This document shows, in pieces, positions 53,171 to 64,000 of a DNA stretch of 64,000 nt. Numbering within the stretch: position 1 is the first letter of the stretch; each line of letters starts with the position of its first letter. Source of the DNA: Octopus bimaculoides. Taxonomy: Eukaryota. The DNA is taken from NCBI RefSeq assembly GCF_001194135.2, contig NC_068982.1:152801993-152865992 (forward strand), written 5' to 3'. The translations under genes were made by a program, and so were the position numbers. The notes beneath the pieces were generated by a model. That model was not told the origin of the DNA, did no database searches, and saw nothing but the letters and a program-made list of their open reading frames with translations.

Positions 53171-53293
53171 CAAACACAAACACACATTGATATATGTATG
53201 TGTGTGTGTGTGTCTATAGCACACTCACATACATCGTTTCATTTTCTTTGTCCGTCTCTACATTGCGTTATAATCCTTGGCTGTGTCAATCTA

Positions 53294-53375
<82 letters not shown>

Positions 53376-53776
53376 GAGATACATAGATAGATAGATATTT
53401 CTAGCATACTTTCTCATTTACTACCGTGTTTCTGCTTTCTGCTTTGCCTTTGTTAGCTTGTATCATGTAAATCTCTATACAGTTGGCGTCTTTGATCCTC
53501 TTTCAGCGTAGTCAATCTCCAGATAACGCTAATTGCATTAGCATCACGGTAGAAAAGATGCATTCCTTTCAGCTGTCCAACATTACTAATCCAGTCAACT
53601 AAATGCTACACATCCTAAAAGTTTACTGATCAACGATGATCTTTAACACACGTGTTGATCAAGGATATTTACATATTTATGTAACGTATTATCGACATAC
53701 TGACAGTGACCATGTTGTAGATATATTAGTGTAGTGGTGCATGCAAAGAGAAAAGTAAAGTAGTAGATTAAAAACT

Positions 53777-53832
<56 letters not shown>

Positions 53833-54110
53833 GTGGAGGGAGACAGTGTGTGTACTTGCCTGTGTGTTTGTGTGGAAGTTGGAGCATATGTATGTATCTG
53901 GGTGATAGAGAGAGAGAGGGAGAGAGAGAAAGAGTGAGAGAAAAAGGGGAGTGACAGAGAGAGAGAGAGAGAGAGATGGGGAGAGTGGAAGACCGGAAAG
54001 AGACTGTATGTGTGTGTGTGTGTGAAAGAGATTATCTCTGTGAGTGAGAGAAATTGTGAGGTCAGAGTGAGAAAGAATGTATGAAGGGAAGAGTGACTAT
54101 GTGAGTGAGT

Positions 54111-54152
<42 letters not shown>

Positions 54153-54699
54153 CTACGAGAAAGGGAGGGAGAGTGGGAGATTGAGAGAGACGGATAGGCC
54201 TGGCTAGTAAGAGGTGTATGACGCTAAAGAGGTTAAAAGATTTAAATAAATAGATGAGAAGATTGACTGACAAATAAGATGAACAGGAAGACAAGACAGT
54301 TACACAGCCACTCATATATTTGCATATCACTTTGTGTGTGCATGTGTATGTGTGTGTGTGTGTGTGTGTGTGCGTGTGTGTACGTGCGTGCGCGAGTGAG
54401 CGCTCGGCCAATCTTAATGGTTTAACGTTCTTCTGTGGGCATGTATTTGTATGTGTATGTACGTGTGCTTATGAATGTGTAAACATGCAACGTACATAGC
54501 TCTATACATGCAAACATATGTGTAGAAAGATCGATATATGGATATACAGATATCTAGATGAGAGGGGGCAAAAAGAGAAAGAGATAGAAGGAGAGAGTGT
54601 AAGAGAAACAAATGTTCAAACTGAAATAGAACTGATACATTACAATTAGTGAACTTGATACGTAGAAGTACAGCGATATAAACTGATGCCAGCTTCATG

Positions 54700-54940
54700 A
54701 AGTGGTTAAGTACTTCATTTAGTAACTACTGGCTTCCTTGTTCGATTACAAACTGTATCACATTGACAACTATCTTCTGATATTTTCCTATTTAGGTCGA
54801 TCAACATCTTGTGGGAGGAAGTTGGTTGAAGGAGGAGTCTGTGCAGAAATTCGTAGCATATATGTATGTATGTATATATATGTATGTATGTAAGTATGTA
54901 TGTATGTATGTATGTATGTATGTATGTATGTATGTATGTT
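54700..54940 (+). mobile_element. Degenerate SINE family B head followed by (TATG)n
   Basis: gtggttaagtacttc..ttgttcgattac..ttgacaactatcttctg.. then a TATG array. Confidence 0.45.
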
Positions 54941-56639
54941 ATCAATCACTTTCATTTCTGTATTTCTTGTCCATAGAGAAAGAGCAGGACTCTAACATAG
55001 ATTCAAGACTCCTTCATTGGAACCTTTATCAACATCATCTAGGTATTTGTGCATATGTGTGTGTGTGTGCAGTATTTGGTGTTAGTGTATGCGCAGATTT
55101 GTATGTTTGTTTTATGGATGCGTTTTTATGTATATATTTTCTAGACGCATGCATATGTATTTATGTGCTAACTTTTTGGAAAGTTTTACATATCTTTACA
55201 GTTCCATTGATGGCTTGAATCTGTAGTTTTCTAATCAGCCTTTTTCTTTCAGATTTTAAGAGCCCTAATTTTTCCAGGTTTTTGTTGAGGCAGTTGTATG
55301 TATGTATGTATGTATGTATGTATGTATGTATGCATGTATGTATGTATGTGTGTATGTGTGTATGTGTGTAAAAATACATACACACAAATATAGAACGTTA
55401 AATATTATGGCTGGTCATAGAGTGACCATTGGTTTCGCATCTATAAAGCGCTTAGCAGTATAGGCAACTCGCCACACTCAAGTGGCTTCGACTTTATGAG
55501 TCTGTTAAGTCACCTATATAGTATTCGTGTGTGTTAGTTTTTATGTGCTTGGCCCATCACCGCCAAAACACAATCACTGTTGCGCTGCTTTACATTCCAA
55601 ATTCATATATCATCTGAGTCGACCTTACTCTTCATTCTTCTAGATTTCATAAAATAATACACCAGTCATATACATCAGAGAAATTTGCGTAATCGATTCT
55701 ATATTCCCTAATATTTTTAAATGTAGGATGGGCAGGAATTAGACCCTTTATTATAATTATTACTGAATACGTGGTGTGTTATCTCATAGAAAGTTCTACA
55801 TTCTTTATGTGCCTTTTCAAGGCTTTAGAAGATGTATGAACGTCACCTGATCTCATTTATGCTTCAAAAACGTAGTCACTTCTAATTGAAGTCTTAAAGA
55901 AATCGTAAAACAATCACATCGATACCAAAATGCCTTTACAGGGGTACTTAAAATGGACAAAATGAGGGATTTCGTTAAAATAATTAGTAGAAAAGGGAAA
56001 AAATATTCAACGAATTGATTTAACAAAATAAATCGTTTGTAATAATGAATAATGTCGAGTAGGAACATGACCAGCAAATGTTTAATAGATGGACTTTCAA
56101 TCAAAGGATCATGCGTTGAGCATGCGTAATGTCAATGAAGTAAACCGCAAAAGTTATATGACATGTGAGTGTGTGTGCGCGTGCGTACGTGTGTGTATGT
56201 GTGTGCATGTATGTGTGAGCATGTATGTGTGAGCATGTGTGTGTGTGTGTGTGTGTGTGTGTTCTATAGCACTATATGGATGTTTGTGGATACGAGTAGT
56301 AGAAATGGCTCTAGAAAATGGCATCGGGTCGCGCTCTTAATTCTGAAGTAATCTCTTTAAAGTGTCATCTTGTCTCAGCCGTGTTTGCTTTCTGACAAAC
56401 TGCATTAGAAGAGTGTGATGATATGCGTGTTACTTGGGAGGGAGTAGAATGAACTCATAAAACATCGTTACAATGCCAATCAACTTTATTTATTAAAATT
56501 TCCTCGCGCACAAAAGCCGGCTAATTAATCAATAAAATCAGTTTGTTTTACTTGCATTTGCTATTGTTGGTTTCTAGATGCCGGTGAAAGTTCTGCTTGA
56601 AATAGTTGCATGATTGTTCTGACGTATATAGTGTTTATA

Positions 56640-57400
56640 AATGGTTAGTTGTGGTAAAGTGACAGTGGTAAGTAAAGGAAGTTGGTTGCTGTACATTTTG
56701 GTTGTCAGCATCCTGTTGCTGATGTATTTTGATAGAGTGTATGTGAATGTATTTGTAGTTATTACTTGTTTAGTTTGGCTTGTTGAAGATTGTTACTGTT
56801 CTAATAGCTGTTGTTTAACTCCAAGCTGGCTCTGATTGAGCAGAACCATAATGAAAATCATTTCAACTTGTTCATCCCCTAATTTATTTATTTGGTGTTT
56901 ACTGTATAATTCCTTTTCTTACTCAGAAGATGTGCTTTGAGTAAATTTGCTATATTTTCTTTTGAGCTGAATAACTGCCAGAGCTTCCCTTATTAGTTTG
57001 GGTTTCATAATTTTATTGTTTTGTTTTAGTTTGAATGATGGTAGAAATTTATGATCGCTTTATTGGTTGGTTTTAATTATTTTGATTGCTTTAATTCTTG
57101 TTCTATTTTTTACCTGCTCTTGATATTTTAAACTTTTTATTTATTTAGTTTTAGTGATTACTATTGCAAGTTGATCTTTTTTGAGTTACAAATTCTCACA
57201 GAGGTGGTTAGTTGCTGTTGGCTTCTGTTGATAACCATTGCAGATGTTAATGCCTATTTTATGGTCACTCATAGATTTTCCTTTTTTATGTTAACTTTTG
57301 CTAGCTGTTGGTTACTATTAATGCCATCTAACGACTGTTATTCTGAATGATCATGATTAGCTAATTCCTCTTGGTGTTTACTTGTTAGCTTTACATTTTC
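56640..57400 (-). mobile_element. Possible decayed PLE GIY-YIG 3' relic
   Basis: Weak motifs only: HKI..NG..KPTATNHL and KLIREALAVI (~RLIREAIEI). Confidence 0.3.
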
Positions 57401-57799
57401 TTTCTGACCTCAAGAATTACAGAGAAATTTAAACCTATTATCAAAATGGCTTTGCACATTACAAAATAGCATATATTATCAATAAAATTTGCAAAACATA
57501 AGCCTTTTCCCAATATAATACTTAATATTTTAAAGCTGTTGTAAAGAGTTTCTGCAAATGGAAAATTTTTAAGATTACCAAAATCCATAAATATTATTTA
57601 GTTCTGAACATTGTGCACAAGCATATAACATAGACTTTAATTTTGATTTGATTAAAACAGTATAAGTACCTATAAATAGTTTCTTTGGAAGGTAACACCG
57701 ATATGAAAATTTGTAGATGACTTCCAGTGCGTATGCGTTTACTCAACCTACTTCAACAATCTGCTAAGTTCCACTCAAATCAGAATCCACTATCTTAAA

Positions 57800-58030
57800 T
57801 AAAGAATATACAGGATGAAAGAATGGCCCTCACATGGAACATATTTGGCCTTAGTTTACTTTCAGTGATGGCTGAACTTGACCTAAAACAATATCCTCGC
57901 TCGACTTCCAGAATTTTTTGAAGATTCCAGATGTTTTGAAAACATCCTTCAGTATTATAGAAAGTGCTTCTTGAAGAACAGAAGTAATACATCAACAATC
58001 CATTGCCATAAGGCAATTGGTCACTGTATA
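57800..58030 (-). mobile_element. Highly decayed LINE RT relic
   Basis: EALSIILKDVFKTSGIFKKFWKSS (~PLSIIF..S..SGIFP..WK), followed by RAILSSCI (~RPISLLSCI). Confidence 0.35.
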
Positions 58031-58828
58031 TTCACAAAATTCTCCATGATACAAAATGTAAAATTAATATCATAAATATTTGCATCGATTACTAACAACA
58101 TGTTTGCTTAAATTCTTCGTCGTCAAAGTGTTGAATGTTTGCAAATGTAATGGCAAAATTAGAAACATTCTTTAAGACAGCAATGAAAAATTAGCATTGA
58201 ATTTACATTTTGTCTAGAAATCCTTCAATAAATTTTCACTGGGTTATATCAAGAGTACATTACATTTCCCAGTGAACGGTAGGGGAATCTTTCAACTATG
58301 TACATAGTATGTACATAGAGTATTCTAATATGTTTAATGTATCATTGAGAGGTTGCTATGTGGTGTTAACACTTTCCTAAGGTTAGTTTCGATTTTTAAT
58401 AATTAAAAAAATGAAAAATGCAAATAGAAGGAAATGTTTCTGTGCTGATTAGCACGTGATAGCCTGTTTCTCTCGTCAAATACTCCCAGCTCACTCTTCT
58501 CTTCTTTCCTAGCCAGCAATGCTGTTTACTCGAACTAAATCCAACAATAATTACTATAATCATGAATTTTTTTTTTCAGGACGACATCTTACTAGATTTT
58601 TCTCCTAGTCTACTGTTCCCTTCAGTTACCAACTGAAAACGTTATATGTTGATATCATTGATTTTCGAAGTCAGTAGATACAGTCCATTCCTCCAAACCA
58701 AATTAATAAAAAAAATATGGAGAAACGACTGTACAGAAATGTTATTATTATTATATCACACGTGCATTACGGGAAATCGTTTGAAAATACCATTGCAGCT
58801 ATCTATCTGCAACTTTATGTGTGTATGC

Positions 58829-58861
<33 letters not shown>

Positions 58862-58912
58862 TGTATGTATGTATGTATGTATGTATGTATGTATATGTGT
58901 GTGTATTTATGG

Positions 58913-58962
<50 letters not shown>

Positions 58963-58968
58963 TTATAT

Positions 58969-60227
58969 ATGGGTCATCCCACAAATAACATACTTCTTTT
59001 ATTTTTCAAAATTAAGATAAACAAAGTTCTTCTTGAATCTAAAATATACTTGCCATTTTCTATAATGCTCTTCCATCTATCTGGTAGACTTGGAAGGCAC
59101 CTCTTCCAAAATTCACTTGTCGGTGACGAAAAATACTCCTCCAGTACTGTTGAAGACTACGGAATGAATGATAAACATCCTTTCCCATTCAAACGGCTCC
59201 AGCCTTAAGAATGTCTTCCTCACTGTACGTAGCCAAGCGTTATCCAAATGGAAGAACACCTTTCGTCTTGAAACCAAAGATGGTCGTTTTTTTCTAGGAC
59301 TGACTTGAACGACTGGTTGAATGACAAATCCAAGCTTCTCTGCTAGTTCCTCAACAGTTACGATGAGATTTTGTTCCACCAGGGTTTACAGGACGTCCTC
59401 ATCGAGCTCTACAGATCTTCCAAGACGAGACTCGTCTTCTAGGCTGTAATTTCCGGTTCAGAATTTCTGGAACCACCGTTGACACTGGCTTACGGTTATT
59501 GTCCGATCCCCTTATACTGCATTAATATTCTTTTCTACTCTGAGCACAATGCCTGAAATTTATGGGGAGGAGGCCAGTCGATTAGATCGACCACCAGTAT
59601 GCAACTGGTACTTTATCGATCCCGAAAGGATGAAAGGTAAAGTCGACCTCGGCGGAATTTGAACTCAGAACATAAAGACAGACGAAACACCGCTAAGCAT
59701 TTCGCCCGGCCTGCTAAGGTTTCTTATTTCTTTATTGCCCATAAGGGGCTAAACATAGAGGAGATGAACTAGGACAAACAAAGAGATTAAGTCTATTACA
59801 TCGACCCCAGTGTGCAATTGGTACTTAATTTATCGACCCCGAAAGGATGAAAGGCAAAGTCGACCTCGGCGGAATTTGAACTCAGAACGTAACGGCAAAC
59901 GAAATACCGCTAAGCATTTCGCCCGGCGTGCTACCGTTTCTGCTAGCTCGCCGCCTTATATACTGCATTAATATTCCACGCACTTTCCGTTCCGTTCTTG
60001 CCTTTATTGAATTCATAAGGCAAAATATGCCGAATATCTTCCTTTGTCTCTTCCATTATAGCTTTGAAAAATATAACTGGTAAAATCGAACAGCACTCTT
60101 CGAAACTTGCACTATGAATAAGTAACAACTTGCTTTTATAGCAAGTTGATGCAGGCAGTTTATCCCTCCTCCTCCGACTTTTAATTTATGCTATTGAAAA
60201 AACCGCACTATTTATGGGATGACCCAA
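58969..60227 (-). mobile_element. Internally deleted mariner interrupted by a SINE dimer
   Basis: TIRs (a/t)TGGGTCATCCCA(C/T)AAATA at both ends. ATG at 60056: MEETKEDIRHIL..NINAVY|GDRTITVSQCQRWFQKF..VEELAEKLG..FFHLDNA; the reading frame continues across the SINE insertion. Confidence 0.88.
59531..59958 (-). mobile_element. Young dimeric SINE family A insertion with 18-bp TSD
   Basis: Two gtcgacctcggcggaatttgaactcagaac units; TATACTGCATTAATATTC at 59513-59530 and 59959-59976. Confidence 0.92.
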
Positions 60228-60243
60228 TATATATGTATATGTG

Positions 60244-60299
<56 letters not shown>

Positions 60300-60905
60300 C
60301 AAATATATAGATATACATACACACACACAAATGTATACACACGCACACACACAGACATATATATATATATATATATANNNNNNNNNNNNNNNNNNNNNNN
60401 NNNNNNNNNNNNNNNNNNNNNNNNNNNNNNNNNNNNNNNNNNNNNNNNNNNNNNNNNNNNNNNNNNNNNNNNNNNNNNNNNNNNNNNNNNNNNNNNNNNN
60501 NNNNNNNNNNNNNNNNNNNNNNNNNNNNNNNNNNNNNNNNNNNNNNNNNNNNNNNNNNNNNNNNNNNNNNNNNNNNNNNNNNNNNNNNNNNNNNNNNNNN
60601 NNNNNNNNNNNNNNNNNNNNNNNNNNNNNNNNNNNNNNNNNNNNNNNNNNNNNNNNNNNNNNNNNNNNNNNNNNNNNNNNNNNNNNTTGTTCTTTATGTA
60701 CGATTCCATGTCGGGGTTATTTGCATCGCCTGCAGTAACTGCTGAACTGCGGCTGGTTGCATTATGTATGCAGAGATTGAATGCTTGAAGAGAGGCAGTA
60801 AGACATTTTACATATCTGCTGAAATGAAAACAGAGAGCAAATGAAATAAGCAAAAATGATGTAGAGGTAAGAGAAAGTGAAGAACCTGAGTGGGGGATAT
60901 ATATG

Positions 60906-60944
<39 letters not shown>

Positions 60945-61394
60945 ATGTATATCATTTTTAAGAGCACGTGTATTTGAAAAGGTTAAACGAAAGCGCTCAA
61001 GCACTAGCAAAAATTAGTAACATCCTCATGACAAATGTAATAACCTTAAAAATAAATTTTAATCACCTGTACACTTTAAAAACTGTATTAGGTAATCCTC
61101 ATACAACTACGTCCCAGTTTCGACACCTCAGCTTCGCTGAGTATTTTCCTTTCCAGTGTTTTTTTCTTTCTTTGATCTCATGTATGAAAGTTCTCATGTT
61201 TAAACACTAATACCGTCGCGCAACGTTCTTTACAGATAGCTTTATCATAGCTTTATCATCAATTTCATATATTTATTTCGCAAAATATTCTTAGAATTAA
61301 AACATATTTTCTATACAACCCTCTGATTTCTATCTTTAAAACAAACTGATTTAAATTATTTGTTATAATTCAACGTCCTTGTTATTTAGTGTTG

Positions 61395-61640
61395 TGTCGA
61401 CGCCCCCAAGCGCAGATACAGCCTTGGCCAAAAACAGAGTCGGCATGGTCAAGACTACATGTGGATTTCGCAGGACCATTAAACGACTCCTATTATATCA
61501 TTTTGGTGGATAGCTATTCCAAATGGCCTGAAGTGTGTAAATGTTCAAGGCCAACCACAAGTATGACGATTGACTTCTTGGAAGAACTGTTCGCTCGGTA
61601 TGGAGTGCCAGATACGATCGTGTGAGATAATGAGACATAA
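61395..61640 (+). mobile_element. Ty3/Gypsy LTR retrotransposon integrase (rve) fragment
   Basis: PWPKTESAWSRLHVDFAGPL..YYIILVDSYSKWPEV..LEELFARYGVPDTIV*DN; no LTRs or adjacent pol sequence seen. Confidence 0.88.
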
Positions 61641-62436
61641 TACTTAGCCCAGTAATATTGGTATATATCTTTTTAGAAGACAAGGAAGAAGTTTTGCAAT
61701 TAACCTGATCTGAAATTGGTAATATCCAGAGATTAGTAGTCGATGTTACTGGAAATATTAGAAATTATTTGCTAAAACTATCAGTTGTTTCCTCTATTTC
61801 ACAAGTATATACAACGCGTCCAAATGTTTTCAGAGTTTAAAGCAATTACAATAACTTATTTTCCAGGTTATTCTAATGTCGACTGTGACTACTGACTAAG
61901 AAAAGAATCAATGTTATATATTTAAATGCTTCAATGATAATTGCACAAAGATCAATTGAATAAAGAAAACAAAAGGATTTTAGGAAGTTAAAACCCTTAA
62001 TTTGTTATAATTTATTTCTTTTCTTAAGAAAATTTCAGTTTGGAAAGTTTTGCACGCTTGAGAATCAATATAGTGAAAATCTTCATGTGATATGATTCCT
62101 ATGCTTGGCCGCTTAGGTCCGTTTGCATTACTTACAGAACATTAGACTCATAATACTTAATGCCATGCGGATGTATGTGATTTACTACAAAACGTAAAAT
62201 TGGTTTGCAATACATTAAAGATGTTAGAGAACGTTTAATGGATTAAGCTCTGCACAGTCTTATACGATTAGTAACAAACATTGAACCGATACGCCTATAG
62301 TGTGTTTCTATAATATTACTACTGGTGATAAAGATTTCTTAGCTGGCGCTAGCAACAAGGGCAAGTATAAACGGAAGGTCTTGGCAGCACGACCGATTAT
62401 ATAGAAATATATTCACCTTTATGCATACTACAGGTT

Positions 62437-62473
<37 letters not shown>

Positions 62474-63856
62474 CATTTACACACCCGCATATACACAGAT
62501 ATACGCACCTTAGCACTTTCATACACATACACANNNNNNNNNNNNNNNNNNNNNNNNNNNNNNNNNNNNNNNNNNNNNNNNNNNNNNNNNNNNNNNNNNN
62601 NNNNNNNNNNNNNNNNNNNNNNNNNNNNNNNNNNNNNNNNNNNNNNNNNNNNNNNNNNNNNNNNNNNNNNNNNNNNNNNNNNNNNNNNNNNNNNNNNNNN
62701 NATATATATATATATACATATATACATATATATGTATATATATATATGTATAAATATCCCTGTATGTTATGCACACATACGCAATATATATATATATACA
62801 TACACATATATATATATAGAGAGAGATAGGGACAGAGATAGAGAGAGGGATAGAGAGAGAGAGAGGGAGGTTTTGCTTTCAAATTCTTGCATACATTGAC
62901 AAAAACATTTTTCTATATGGAATACGGTCGATGAACAGACATAAAACGGCGTTTCAAAATATACCTTGTGGCATTTTGTTGCAGCTGTTTAGGGGTTGTG
63001 TTCCAATCCTGGTATGGTCAATTTTACTATTCCTCTTTCAAGTAAATGCGAAGCAAATGCTTGTACAATTTAATCGAATGAAACATTTCCTTAGATTCGT
63101 GACTAGGTGTCACTGTTCCACGTTATTATTTACTCTGAGTATATCAGGTGTATTGATCGAATTTTTTGAGTTAGCAACAATATGATTTTGGAGTTGGTTT
63201 TACATTTTTTCTTATTAGGAAGTTGATAAAATAAACTACCTTCAATATACTTCGTAGTCAGTTTTGCTTCTTTGGTCTTCTGTAAATACATATATTTTTC
63301 TTACGCTATTAGGGCGAAAATATATACTTTCATTCAGTGAACTCTTAGAAACGAAATAGATGAGTTTGCTTGTCAATCAATTACATTCGGTTCATACAGG
63401 TTATGTATAAAATTAGATTCTACGACAAATCCTCTACATGGTCCATCGTTAATTGTCGGCGAATCGACCTTATATAAAGTTCGATTCACCAATAACCAAT
63501 ACCAGTTAAATTAGACTTCTATATGTAATTGGCAGTCAGAAAAAGAACAACAGAAAGAAAAACAAAGCGGTGTTGAGAATGCTACATATGCATTTCTGCC
63601 ACATTCGGCTTTGTCACTAGCGTCTACTTAATACCAGCTAAGATCAAATCAGTCACCAGTGATATAGAAGGAAACCTTGATTGAAAGAAAACTCACTATG
63701 GTTGCAATTAGCCATCGGGCTGAATAAAAAATCATCATATGCAACATAACCAGCATTAGATATGCATATAACAAACTTTCGTTCATCCGAGCGGCTTTTC
63801 TCCAGACCAGTGATTTTCAGCTACTGTTCCTGTACTGTGATTTTCAGTTACTGTTC

Positions 63857-63857
<1 letters not shown>

Positions 63858-63926
<69 letters not shown>

Positions 63927-63945
63927 GTCAGTCTGTCTGTCTATC
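63858..63945. repeat. (TATC)n/(TGTC)n microsatellite
   Basis: Direct reading. Confidence 0.95.
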
Positions 63946-64000
63946 TATTTTGTCACAGCGTGCAGCTGGCCGTGCGGACGTGATATTAACTCATCCTAAC

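Noticed and set aside
57880-57990. EFFEDSRCFENILQYYRK, vaguely like a Kv/KCTD T1 domain
   Set aside because: Flanked by stops, lacks the rest of the domain, and the opposite strand matches LINE RT.
63813-63860. Short direct repeat gtgattttcag(c/t)tactgttc
   Set aside because: Only two units beside a microsatellite; consistent with local slippage.

Overview
AT-rich, microsatellite-saturated animal DNA with about 17 N-gaps (roughly 5 kb in total). The SINE families, PLE/R4-type retroelements and repeat density suggest an octopod cephalopod (Octopus-like) draft scaffold; this is inference from recalled repeat consensus, not a database result. There are no prokaryotic features (operons, CRISPR, rRNA) and no intact long ORF. 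Most listed ORFs are microsatellite or N-gap artefacts, and the rest are decayed transposon reading frames. The only well-supported host feature is a 109-nt GT-AG exon on the + strand (11334-11442) encoding one transmembrane helix, so the window is probably mostly intron of a large membrane-protein gene that I cannot name. The rest is a layered transposon graveyard. It holds four R4/Dong-like REL retrotransposon copies, several CR1/L2-like RT relics, five Penelope-like copies (one with 143-bp inverted arms), a full-length dead mariner with TIRs, a fold-back mariner derivative, a mariner split by a SINE dimer with an 18-bp TSD, a Tigger-like MITE, a Gypsy integrase scrap and many tRNA-derived SINEs. 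I found no convincing novel biological system. The most interesting leads are the orphan TM exon, the long inverted repeats near it (possible dsRNA/ADAR substrates) and unusual transposon architectures. Boundaries of old relics are approximate (+/- 50-100 bp).
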